Assembly (NCBI GenBank): GCA_002633005.1
Contig: NMRA01000093.1
Coordinates: 249,441-313,440 of the forward strand
DNA: 64,000 bases
Direction of reading: 5' to 3'
From: Phoronis australis
Taxonomy: Eukaryota; Animalia; Phoronida
The translations under genes and the position numbers were made by a program. Each line of letters starts with the position of its first letter. The stretch's first letter is position 1. The notes under the pieces are model-generated. The model made no database searches. It saw nothing but the letters and a program-made list of their open reading frames with translations, and was not told where the DNA came from. Shown here piece by piece: positions 1 to 12,530 of the stretch.

Positions 1-2380
1 ACCATTGTTACATTTTACGAAAGCGACGTCACATTTCATGAGTTTGTATGGTATTTGTCACACGGAGGTAAACGGTTCACACACCTAACGCCTTCTTTCT
101 CGGATTTTTTTAGATGAAATTCTATCAAAAGTGCCAGCTCGAATTTGTAGATGTGTCCTAATGTGCATTCCATTGTTTTAAACATGAGTAGTTTCTTGGT
201 GTAGCCAAAACTGTACCAGTACAGTTTCAACTCCATAGAAAATGAGATTCCTGGATCATGTAATCGCGGGTTGTGGCGGTGGACAGGATTGTTCATCCAT
301 GAACAACCCTGCCCATGTGGCACATACTGAGCCACAACACCACGTTCCTTACAATATCTCTTTTTATCACTACGGCTGGTCTGCTCACTCAGCTTGTCCG
401 GAACCTGCTTTGCAGGTTGTTATAGCCCAGTTGGCTGTTTGATGTACCCACTTGGTACTTTATATGATATTTGACCATTTGGCAGTTTGTTCATATTTGG
501 TACTTCTTATTGAATTTGCCGTTTTGCTCGACCCTCTTGGTAGGCAATCGGCCAATACCCATTTAGTATTATATACCCATTTGGAACCATGCTCACCTGT
601 GCCACTTAGTATTCGATACTCAATTACACATTGGGTATCGTACATGTAAATGTGTGTGTTATCTGTAATTAAGGAACCCATCTAGTTCCTTCTGTAAAAT
701 ATTTATTTGTAGAGCTGTGACCCTGAAATTCCCAATACAACTTGAAATATATACTTTTCTTGTTGTTTTATTTGTCCACAGTAATGAGTTTTTTAATTGT
801 TAAAGCGTTCTTACAGTCTTTTGTTGGCGCTCACAGGTCATACACCGATTGTGTATCCGGCAATATAGTAAACACATTTCTCTTAGTGACATCGAGTTTG
901 GCTAATATTTATCGCAATTCTTTGGGAACAAACGACAATAACAAAATTTTGCAAAGGAGAATTCAATTTCGGAAGCCATTTTGATAGAAAAAAGCACCCG
1001 TTTAAGTCCATGATGGTTTGGCATATTTCGGTCAGTGTTTTATTGCCTTGGAGTCATTGTTATTGCAGTAAGTGCCTTGCTCCACACAAAAGGAGCAAAA
1101 CCAAAGTTTTTGATGGCGAGTGGTTCTGTCTACCACCTTAGTTACGAATGACATGTTTTTGAAGACATTGTGGTGGAAGGAAATAAAATCACGCATTTAA
1201 TTTCAGGCAGGTTGACAGATTTTGCCAGTACAACTAGCAAATTATCGACTTTAAAAAGGGCCAATATTTCAAAAAAGTGGCTGCATAGTAACATGACTTG
1301 TTCTAAACAGCTTAAAAGCCGAAAGAATTACCATTGATCCTATGACGTCAAACCTGTCTGAAATAGTGGTGGAAACAACGGATCAAACCGTGACGTGTAT
1401 ACGTAAAAATGGGAGGCCTAGCAGGGGAAATAGAAAATATTTTGGCACTCTGAAAGGACATGATCATTTTGCTCAAACCTGGTCTAGGTCGATAGTTTAA
1501 ATGGGCAATAGTCCGAAAAAAGCTGACTGACGGCTTTTCGGACTCTAAAAACATGCACGTTCTCTTTCTATTATCTTTTAAGGTAAAATATGAATTAAAA
1601 TTGCCATTTGGTCAGTGTTTGTTAGGTCGAAGCACATATAGACAAACACAGAGATTGGACATTCTATTATTAATGGACGTGAGGCGCCATTTTTGTGTTG
1701 CAGGGCGCTGTAAATAACACGCACAGATGTAGGCAGATAAGGGAACTTGGTATACCAACCCTTTTGCTACATCGCATAAAAAGTACATGATAACCATCGC
1801 TGACTTCTGCGTTGATCGTTTTTGTTCCATACAATCCACTTTCAATGAAATCTAGTTCAAATCACACATTGGGGCCCGTTCGACATAAAATTGTTGAGTG
1901 TTTTGTTTGTCCGTTGCCATCTATTCTAATAACCCGGTGGCCGCAGTTATAGCCTCTAGAGTTTAACTTAACGCAATTTCCGAACTTGCACAAGCGAGCC
2001 CCAGTTTTTTAAAAGGAATGTTTTCAACAAGATACAAAAATGTTTACACGGTGGATATCCTCACGTTTAGAAGTAAGTCGCAAGAAAAGGATTGCAGTCT
2101 GAATTCAGGTCTTCGTGGCAGACTACAGAAGGCTATAGTTACATTTTCAAACAATACCGTGCTGGCCAACAGTTCAGAAATAATCAATTTTTGAAGTTGA
2201 TGCACGCCTAAACAAGATTTCAAATCTCAACCCTAATAAATGAGATGATTTTAAAAATCTTTCATGACCATGATGTACTAGCACTACTATATGTTAAATT
2301 GTAGTGTGTACAATGCACTGTGTCCTCGTTAAATGAATTCAAAAATATTAGTAACAATAACAATGACAATAACAATAATA

Positions 2381-2433
<53 letters not shown>
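2381..2433. repeat. (ATG)n microsatellite, ~17 units, within an AAT/AGT-rich tract
   Basis: Directly visible. It explains the poly-M/I/S ORFs at 2262-2544. Confidence 0.97.
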
Positions 2434-2554
2434 AATAATAATGTTGACAATAATGATAACGGTAATGAGTAATAGTAGTGGTAGCAGTAATAGTAGTAAT
2501 AGTAATGTAATACTTAAAAAATGGTAATGGTTAGGCAAATTCATGCCGTGTCAG

Positions 2555-3091
2555 CCCGGAAGGCATTCCTATAGAAGAGGTATACGAAAAGTTTCATCCA
2601 AAAGGGTGCTTTTTCACACAAAAAAAATACTCTGCAAAATTGTGAAATTTTCGACAAAATATTATCTAAGAAGGTGCCTTATCTAAATTTCTGGAATAGA
2701 ACTGTGCAAAAATGTGAATTTTTACACAAAACATGCGCGCACCAAGCCTAAAATATAGGGGGGGGGGCTCAAATTTCTGACAATGTGGACCTTTTACTAA
2801 CAAAAAACGGGGGATTAAAAGAACGAAGTACCACGTTCAGAGCTGTGAATTGTGCATACGTGCCCTTTTAGTGGACTTTTGTCGCGTTTTCTCGGACTGT
2901 TTGTGTCTCTGAGGAGGACCCCTTTGCCCACTTCGCCAAATGGGAGGGCTCGTTTGAGCCCCCTCTGGTGCGCGCATGCAAAACTAGTATTTAAATGGGT
3001 CACTTTTTTGTCCGATCCCACTCTCTAAATGGGTAGATATCCAAATTTTTCGGGCGGCACCCCTTGTCCAAAAATGCTCCAGTACCACCGG
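2555..3091. mobile_element. MITE nested in family A, 9-bp TSD (MULE-like by TSD length)
   Basis: CCCGG...CCGG ends flanked by the direct repeat CCGTGTCAG (2546-2554 and 3092-3100). A homologous copy lies at ~56160-56434. Confidence 0.7.
2732..2978. mobile_element. MITE with CATGCGCGCACCA TIRs and 5-bp TSD
   Basis: TIRs CATGCGCGCACCA/TGGTGCGCGCATG; TSD CAAAA at 2727-2731 and 2979-2983. The paralog near 56325 has the empty site. Confidence 0.85.
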
Positions 3092-4741
3092 CCGTGTCAG
3101 ATACCACTTGATCATGGTTTTGGTCATTTTCTTCGTAACATGACAGTGGTTTCGTAAAATGTAACAATGGTACATGTCTCGCATGTACATTAGACTTTAA
3201 ATGTAACAACTTGTTACAATTTAGGAGAGGCTTAGCAACGTAAAATGTAACGAAATTGTTATATTCTACGGCTACACTGATGCAAAAGTAATTTCGTTGA
3301 CGCACTGTCATTGCTTACGCCAGGCCAACGGACTCACTAAAACTGGAAGAGGAGACGGACAAAAACTATCATGGACCATAGATCTTCCAAGTTGTCTCAA
3401 AGATCTGAGGTCGTATGGGTCATTTCACCAATGCCCACGTTTTCTAAAACGATCCTTGTGAATGATTCCATATCCCAGTGGTTTCGTGTCTAAAAGAAAT
3501 AGCTCTAATTCGATGTTCAGTGCTCATGATTCAAAAATGCAATCAAATTAATTCGTTTGATTAGTTAAGTTATGATAAAGCCTTAATCAGAGATCATAAA
3601 CAGAACTCCATAGAGGCAGATTTCTTTTGATGGCTTTAAAATAATATAGGGCAAATGAAACAAAAATAATCAGCTAGCAATGACTAAACAAATTGTTTAT
3701 ATAAAGGTACGCATTCCTCTCTCCAGAGGCCTATACTAAGTAATGGGTTAGAATTATCGATACTTTTGTCAGTGCTTAACTAAGCCTTGGGCATCTTCCG
3801 GAATATAGATAGTTCCCCAGTGTTTATATTAGCTGAAAATATCACTGTTGAAAAGTTAAAGAATAAAAATACATTGGATACCGACCTGTCTTCTGTCAAC
3901 GTTGACGCAGAATGCTGATAATTATGTATCTGATTCACTTTGAAGAAATTATGATCTTTATAGTAGCTTGATTGGTTGGCAGCTTGGGCATGTTCACTAC
4001 GTAGTCGAGACGTCGAGTTCTTCTGACGTCAAACCATATAGGTTCATGATGCATTGTATAAGACCTACTCTACATCATTAATTTCTTTGCTAGACTTCAC
4101 AGGAAACGGCAGGGATTACAATTGTGATGTGCACGCTTACATGCTTTCTGGTGGCAACATCCCACGGCGGGTTAATCCCACGAAAGAGGCATATATTGCG
4201 TGCCGTTCGAAGGGTGACTTTTTCAAGACCATTTTCCATACGAACGGCTGATTTTTCAAAAGGATTACTTTGGGAAGTTTGAAACCACAAAGGTACCTTT
4301 TCCAACCACACAGGTCTACAGACGGACTTCCAATCATCTCTATTAAGTTTTGGATGAAAAAATTCTATTTATTTTTGATAACATGGCATATCTTCTTATA
4401 TTGTTTCATGTCTAATGATTTAAAAATTCAGCTCTCCAAGAACCCCAGCTTTAGGGAATTAACTTTTACCAGAAGGTGAATATTTTGGAGCTCAACCTTA
4501 CGAAATGATGACCTCGTGTAAGCGCCTTTCAAACGGATCCCTTTTTCTAAAGATCACTCTCAAAATGGGTGTGTGTCTTAATTTTCCAGCTGCATACCCG
4601 TCAAAATAAGTGAAAGCTCCCAACCATGGACATTCCACGCACAAAACTCCTCACCCATGCCTCACACGTTTCAAATCAAGTGACACTTAAATGAGACCCG
4701 AGTTGTATCAATTATATAACGGATATCTGAGCCAGTAACTA

Positions 4742-4806
4742 AAACTGATCGTAAACTGGTCGTAAACTGATCGTAAACTGGTCGTAAACTGATCGTAAAC
4801 TGGTCG
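4742..4806. repeat. 11-bp tandem repeat, strictly alternating AAACTGATCGT/AAACTGGTCGT (22-bp period), 6 units
   Basis: Directly visible. Confidence 0.92.
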
Positions 4807-5348
4807 ATCCTCCTGAGTGTTGTGGCAGAGTTTCTCTTTACAAAATATTTTATAATTAGTTTTTGTTTTTTAAAGTTATGTGGAACTATATTGATATTTA
4901 AGCTAATACATAAAAATATTAATTTTAACTCAGTAAAAGTATTCATTTCTCAACGTAGAAAGTGTATAAAATTTGATTTTTAATGTTTTACTAATCCGTC
5001 AAACTTAACAAAGAGAAAGCTACAGTGATAGTGAAACAATAGCATCAATGAAATGATCAAATTCTAGTTGACATACATGTTTAATACGTCATATCTCAAA
5101 ACCGCTGTTGCAGGTTTTTTGAAACCCCCTGAGCACGATGGAATATTCTAGAAACAATTGCTAAAAGTGTTTTGGAGAACGCTACACAAAGCACAGCATG
5201 TGAAAGCTTCATATAAATATTATCAGCCATACCTGAGATAACATATTCCGAAGTTAACCAAAGTTCTCTAAGGATTTAGGTCTTACTTAACTTTAAACCG
5301 TTTGAAGGTGGTTCTGTAGTAACATCAATTCAAAAATTAGTTGGTCTA

Positions 5349-5733
5349 GTTACAACATAGATTATAGAGTCTATGGTTACAACATAGATTACATAGTCTA
5401 TGGTTACAACATAGATTACATAGTCTATGGTTACAACATAGATTACATAGTCTATGGTTACAACATAGATTACATAGTCTATGGTTACAGCATAGATTAT
5501 ATAGTCTATGGTTACAGCATAGATTATATAGTCTATGGTTACAACATAGATTATATAGTCTATGGTTACAACATAGATTATATAGTCTATGGTTACAACA
5601 TAGATTGTATAGTCTATGGTTACAACATAGATTATATAGTCTATGGTTACAACATAGATTATATAGTCTATGGTTACAACATACATTATATAGTCTATGG
5701 TTACAACATAGATTATATAGTCTATGGTTACAA
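5349..5733. repeat. 27-bp minisatellite, 14 units plus a terminal 7-mer
   Basis: Unit GTTACAA+CATAGATTATATAGTCTATG; 5727-5349=378=14x27. It is the source of the VVTIDYIIY ORF. Confidence 0.97.
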
Positions 5734-6442
5734 CAACCCTGTCTGGCCTATTTACATTGACACCACTTTTCGGTCGGTCATTTTTCCGGCTATCTTCAGG
5801 TGTTACAGCGTTCTAAGAGGGCTTCCATCACAGCTGCGAAGCTGAACCCATCGAAATCTGAACCAACTGGTTCGAGAAAAGCCCTGGCTTCTACTTTGTC
5901 TCAGGACACCCGGCAGCACATGAATTTCTCAAGAACGCCAAGAAGTTTTGCCTTGGCATGCCTAAAATTGTACAAACAATGCGAATCTGGCATTTTCTTC
6001 CCCAAATCACGGTCTGGCCAGAGCGGAGACAATATTACAGGCGGTCTTGACCTCTAGATTCCAAAACTTTATGCTAACATATGTCATTACCAACCAGACA
6101 TTCTTCCAATTTAAATTTGTTTTTAATTGTATTTGCAACAAAATTTCGGCCTGATCAAGGACGTATTTTCAAAATGACGAAACTGTCAGATCCGGGTAGA
6201 ACAGAACAGAAGCCATAATGGGTGAACATTTTTTACTTACAACATCTTCAAACAACTACAGAATACCACTCGTGCCAATGAATCCCAATTGATCCCACAT
6301 AATTTCTGTCAAACTTAACCAAACCACTTTTTCTTTCTAGAGGGCCTGCCTGAAATGTTCAAAACGTGGTTTTACCTTGAGCAACGCGCACTATGAAGTA
6401 ACACAATCATGCTGATATTTTAAGAACACGTTTTTGAAACTG

Positions 6443-6515
6443 TTGACGCACATGGGGTTTGAACCGTAGACCTTCCGGTTGCCAGCACTTTTACATTAAA
6501 TCACCGAGTCACTCA
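6443..6515 (-). mobile_element. tRNA-derived SINE head, degenerate
   Basis: The minus strand shows an A-box-like GTGACTCGGTGATT and a B-box GGTTCAAACCC at tRNA-like spacing, but no clean cloverleaf. Confidence 0.55.
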
Positions 6516-9500
6516 TTGTTTATGGGTTCATCTGATGATACACTGTGAGTGTATCACATATGAGTGCTCGTTCTTCTGAGGACGCTATGATACCTGAAGA
6601 TGACCGGAGAAAAGCTCGATTGAAATGTTGTGCCAATTCTAATGGGATAGAGCTGGTTGTAAAGAGACCAATAGTTATTAGAAATGTCTCAACCTCTTGC
6701 TGAAAACGGGAACATGGGATTTATTAAAGTGTTAAACCCCAAAGAGTAAATCGGTATTGAGAAGCAACAATTTCATTACCATGGAGTCAAAATATAGATT
6801 GACGTCCTGTTTCCTATAGCGTAGATTATGACCTATCGACAAATTTTGAGCTCCAGCTTAAGTGACCAATCACAACGCAGCATTCTTGATACACTTTCGT
6901 TTGCAAGCCGCCATTTTACCCGTCAAACAACACGTTGTCGGGTAAAGCTTATTGCTTTTGTCGGGTGTCACACGACTATTTGCAAAGGGGCGGAGCTAGA
7001 GGTAGGTTAATTTTGTCGTATGTTTACACTTGAGGCAGACAGTGAGCTCAGTACACAGCCATCGGGCCGGAACCCAGAGCCTGCAGGTCGCCACTAGATA
7101 TCATGACACTCTTGTGTAACTGTACTCGCGTAATGTGAAAAGATTCCACTATTACTGTTTTGATCGTGTACATATCAAAGAGAAAGTCATTATGACAAAC
7201 GGTTTGGTATTTGCTCGTCTGTTTATTTTTAACAGCCCACGACAAGGGTTTTAGTTTTAGTCAAATGACTGAGACTTTCTCATTGTGGAAATACAGTATA
7301 TTAAACAGCAAAAATGAGACGCTGTGTATTACGCAATATCGCTCTGCTGACTGACTGGTCATGAAATACAGGTGTGAATTAAAATCCTTGACCAGGATAA
7401 TGAGGTCTGTAAACAGGAGCATTGGGGGATACCAACTAGAGCTTTGATACAGGTTGGACTTTCCGTAGTGTAGTATACAACGTGATGTTAAATAAATGAC
7501 TTTCTTGTCTTTTTACATATTTATCGCATCTGTGTACTGACTATAATCCCGCTGATGACATTGAGTAATATTGTAATGTTGATATGAAGCACAGCGTCTC
7601 GTTTTTACTAACTGTTTACTGACCATCTGGCCAAAAACTGACAATGGAAATAAATTAAAGGGGGCCATGTCCTTAAATAAATTCTCAATGATCGCCTTTG
7701 GCCATGGTCACGCTGCACGTTTTTTCACTGTATGACGTCATCATAGTAGGGTTGTTTAGAAATTGTTTTTATTTTCATGTGTTAATTGCACATGTATGTT
7801 AATTTTCTGACGACAGCAACAAGCAGCCCGGATTTAACATCGGAGACAGGTTTACATTTCAAAGTTCTGACACAACAGTAGCTGCCAGTAAAGGTGACGT
7901 TTGGAAAACGGAACAAAATATCATTCGAATCACGTTTTTGGCCAAAACGCTCCTGTTTCAGCCTTCCACAGTTCCAAGCTCAGATGTTCTGAGATATAAC
8001 TTGCCGTGTCAGAGCTCTCCGAGCAATTGGGATTTTAGAAAACAGTGTTCTCTTTTGTTTATCTTTCAAGCAATCGTAAATGAAATAAAAAACAATTTGT
8101 GGCTTACCTGCTGGTTTCCGACACCTGTAAAGTGAGCAACTGGACAACTTAACAGAACTATATAAATAACTGGATTTACAATATTTCAGATTGCACAATA
8201 CACTGTATTTGCTAATACTTCACCTGGTTGTCACGTAATATGCAATGAAAGGTAAATACTACAATTGAACATCCGTGCGTACAGTTTGCTAGTTTGCTAT
8301 ACAATTTAAACTATACTTAATTCAAGGCTATTGAAGTCATTTATAACAATCATTGTTTTAATTTCGTAAAGCAATCACAGGATATTAGCGATAGAGTTTC
8401 CCAAAATATTTCATTGTCTTTATTTCGTGATTGCAGAATACAGGTGAATCAGTCAATTTCCTGATTAAACAGCTAGGAATAACAAAGGGGACAATTGTTT
8501 TCTAAAAGACATTATCTTTACATTACAACGTTGTTTTGATTGAATGAATAACGAAACTTTAAACATCGACACATATTTTAGCCTCGAAGTAGTTTGATGT
8601 ATTAATTGTATTGCAATTTCCTTAAAACTATTCAGTCACTTTATATACATTGATTGTGTTTTTGGATTGAATTTCATAGCGCTCTTCTCTGAAAATGGGC
8701 TGGTTTTGCGAAAACTCGTTTACAGGGAGCGCCTGAAAATGAGCCGTTTTAGTGCAGGCTAATTTAATTTCAGAACTAAGTCTTTATACTTCAAACGAGC
8801 CTCAAGAGGCGCGTCGGAGTAATTGCGAAGTAGGTGGATTGGCTTGAAACTTCTGCCACGTGACGTGTGTAAACTCGCCTGAACAGACCCGGATGCAAAA
8901 TCAAGACCAGAGGGGTGGGTGGGTGTGACAATGAACAGACGTGGGTTGCACTTCATAATGTTTTGTATTACAGCAATAAAGAAGAGGCCCATCAGGGTTC
9001 CAGATCCCATGGACCTTCGTGTAGCAAAATTTCTCCTAAACGACTCCTGTTGTTCAACAAAGTAGTCCAGGATTTTTGATCGGCGTACCATTTGCTATCG
9101 CAATGTATTTAATTTCCATACTTTCATTACAGTTTGGGTCGGTTACAGGTTTTGAAACATTGGTACAAAACATGGAATTTTATTAGACTTTATTTTCTCC
9201 AAGTTCACGTCACAGATTTTGTCATCCGGACACGTGTATACGATTATCTTCCTGATGAAAGCAGGTTGTGTCGGTCGTTGATGGAAATAGTGAGTTTACC
9301 TTCGGATAAACTTCAACATTCCAACCACGTGGTGGCCATTTTGCCGTTATACGCAAGTAACGTTTCGACCTTACTCGCGATACACTTATCTAACACTCTC
9401 GTTACTTTTCGTGATATTGGTTGATATCGTCGAAGACGGAAAAAACTCGCACTACAGTTAAAAACACAGCTCAAGTGTTATGTTTTTATGATACCTCGGA

Positions 9501-10808
9501 TGTTGAACTCGTTTCGATACTGCGACGAGACAAAAAACACCAACACGCATACAATTGTTGAGACAAGTCTTTTTTGGCTCCCGTCAAAACTTTCAGAAAT
9601 CCTCATTTACGGTTTTATATCTTGGCCGTGACGTTTTGATACCAAAGCTTGAAGAAATACCTGAATGCAGTAGTGAAAGCGCCGCTTTGGTTGCCTGGTC
9701 ACTCTCGTTGTCTGGAGATAAACAGATTGGCCATAGATTTGACTGTATGATTTTTTGTCAAGTTAACGGAAAGTAATGACCAACCGTGGATTGCTTAATT
9801 ATAAAGAAGCGTCCATTGACATATGCCAAAATAACCGGTACTGCTTGTACTTGAAGATCAATTTCAAAACCAGAGAGTGCACATTTTCCCTTAATATTCT
9901 TCTTCAAATATCGATGATTTTCACAATCGAATGAACGTGCATTGGAATAAACTCGCGCGTGTTTTATTTCAAACAAAAACTCTAATTACATTTTTGTCCA
10001 ACGCAGCCACTAATTAATTGAGAGTAGCAGTGTTAACTCTTCAATCCGGCGTTGACTTGTGCCAGCTTTGCATTCTAATTCGCGCATCAAGTAACTGTGG
10101 CCGACTTGCCTACTTGTCAAGCGACGTCTTTACACGCCGAAGGTTAACTCAATCAATACTGTATCTTCAAGCAAGTATGTTGACGGATTGATCAAGTTTG
10201 AAAGCTATGGATAGCCAAAATGGATACAAAATCCAAACCACTTTACTTCCAAGCTAGAGTTGGAATAAAATCCAATACTTTATTTCGAGTGTGCAGGACC
10301 AAAACATATAATAAACATACCATAACGTAAAACTTTGTGTCAGACTGAAAAGTTCATCAGGACTTTTTATACTCATACATACATAAATAACTGCGACAGG
10401 ACCGAATCATGTGCCAGCCAAAGTTCAATGGTGTTAGGTGCTCGTGCTCCTGAGTGGTCAAGTTTTCTTTTTTTTCAAGTTTTGTTTTTTCAATGTAGTC
10501 TTTTGTTCTGCGGTGGTCACATTTTCGCTTACGTGTTATTGTTTTAGGTATGCTACGTTTTCTTCTGCGCCACTTCGAACACTTTTGATGTAAGTGGTAT
10601 TATTTTTTATTTTTATATACAAAGTAATTTCTGGATTGAAAAAGGAAAATCATTTTGTGGACTGGACTGGAATTGAAAATTATTGTTTTAACATTTGAAG
10701 TGAAAAAATAATGTGGATTTTTCTGGTTGAACTTTCCACAGAAAACGTTTGCCTAACAGGCAAGTGCCAGGATGAAGTTTTATAATGCACACTGCCTGCA
10801 GAGCGAAG

Positions 10809-11003
10809 ATGCCAAAGTGTTGCAGCCCCGGAGTCGTGATGATTTATTCAAGTGGCGTGCAAATATCCATCAAGATGGCCAAAGACCTGTTTTACCAGAG
10901 GTCGTAAGCCCGCTCGCAGCACAGGCGGCCGTGGGCACGTTATTGGGAACGCGGCGTTTAGTTCTGTTAAAAGAGCGCTCCAGAGATAGTTCCCACGGTC
11001 GGT
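10809..11003 (+). pseudogene. Possible THAP-domain remnant
   Basis: With frameshifts it reads MPKCCSPG...YSSGVQI(HQ)WPK...RRLVLLK..IVPTV, resembling the THAP start and the AVPTIF box. The central CxxHF motif is not seen. Confidence 0.4.
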
Positions 11004-12199
11004 AAAGATAGAGGTCACATCAGTAAGTTACGGGATCACGCAAGTTTCACTCAGTGTCGTGAAAAAGGGTTTGTGTCAAATTATAAAAAGGTATGCTACA
11101 TGTAGCACAACGTGTGTAGTCCCGACCCATTGTCAGGCGACATGTAGGGCTTTATCAACAAATCTGTGGATTTCGACAAAAGTAACTCCAAATATTAACT
11201 CTTTAAACTCGTGAAATGGATCACGTGACCATATCTTTTTCGTAAAATTAGGCAATAACCTTCATTCATAGCAAGACAACGGTATCATTCTCATGACTAA
11301 ATTTCATTCGATATTTTAATCGTGATCTCGTACAAAACGGTCTGAATTACAAGTTTCTGAAATATCATTTCGTGAGCTTCAACGGACTTCTACAATAGAT
11401 TGCGTGGAGCATTACGCAATGGAGGAAAGGGACTTTAAAGCGCTGCTTGAAAACTGTTACCGTTTTAAGTCTGGTGCCTGGTATTTATTCAAATGATACT
11501 AGCAAGTGACACTATAGAATAAAAAAACTCATAGATTAATCGATCAGCCTTTTAAACTGATTTATTTACGCGGTGTTGTTACCATGCCGAGGCGCTAAAA
11601 ATGAAACAAAATTGAATTTCGGCATATACTGGCACATATGGGATTTTATGTGAGAATCTTTTGGGTGGTTATGTGCGAAGTGTGGATGAAACAACTACGT
11701 CATTGGAAAATTCCAACAACGAGTGTGAAGGCAAATAATCAGACCCCAGCTTTGACAACGAGACTCAGTTATGAAAATAAAAGGCATACTTCGATTTTCA
11801 TTTATAAGCCAGCTGCGAGGAGCGAAATGCAGATTTAAATAAGTGAAATGTGGCTTTTATTCCGAGGGCCTTTCCATGCTGCTGATTTTGCCGAAGCAGA
11901 CAATACTGTTGGTTGAGCTTAAAAATTAAAGCAGTTCAGAGGAATGCTTTGTGAACAAAGAAGGACAAGAAGAATAATTCCCAAACAAGTAAAGATCTTT
12001 TTTTTACATTCCTGAAAAAGTTCACTTTTCGTATAAAAAGTGACAATTTGGGAATCGATGCTTAGGAGTTACCAAGAAAACGATATCATGATCCCGGTCC
12101 TCTACAGCTGTACTTCTACTCTGGTGCGTCGTTGTCACCACAGAACCACCACGGAGACACTGACACTACTACCAGCAATTTGTAAACATATGTAAATCT

Positions 12200-12530
12200 T
12201 GAAATGGCCCGGAAACATGGATCACAAACATTTTCAAGTTTGGTCTGCACGCCACATGTTGGCCACATCACGTGGACAGGCCTAATGAACATAAATCTGG
12301 TAAGAACTGGCCCTACCGGGTCTCGAACCCTGGACATTCTGCTAACTGTGCCCACTGTAAAGTCTGATTGGGTGTCTGTGTTCGACCACTGGTCCCGGTG
12401 GCTCAGTGGACTAGAGTCACCGTCTTCCAGAAATCCTTTCAGACTTATGTTCATTAGGTTATGTGATTTTGCCAAGTGACATGCAGACCAGACTTAAGGA
12501 TGTTTCTGAACAGTTGTTTACGTCCAAAAC
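12200..12530. repeat. Degenerate long palindrome / foldback element
   Basis: CCTAATGAACATAAATCTG (12281) vs CAGACTTATGTTCATTAGG (~12440). The arms extend outward (AAGTTTGGTCTGCA/TGCAGACCAGACTT) and inward. Confidence 0.75.

Larger units (their letters stand above)
1..3276. mobile_element. Non-autonomous TIR element 'family A', copy 1 (left end outside the window)
   Basis: ACCATTGTTACATTTTACGAAA at 1-22 is inverted at ~3150-3172. The end is built of TGTTACATTTT/AAAATGTAAC motifs. The body is homologous to 54198-56654 and 52134-53750. Confidence 0.8.

Noticed and set aside
2262-2544. Poly-S/I/M ORFs
   Set aside because: Microsatellite translations.
5140-5154. Single 3-unit heat-shock element GGAATATTCTAGAAA
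   Set aside because: Isolated; plausible by chance in 64 kb of AT-rich DNA.
5330-5686. 118-aa VVTIDYIIY repeat ORF; CRISPR-like palindromic repeat
   Set aside because: It is the translation of the 27-bp minisatellite, and the 7-bp spacer is constant.
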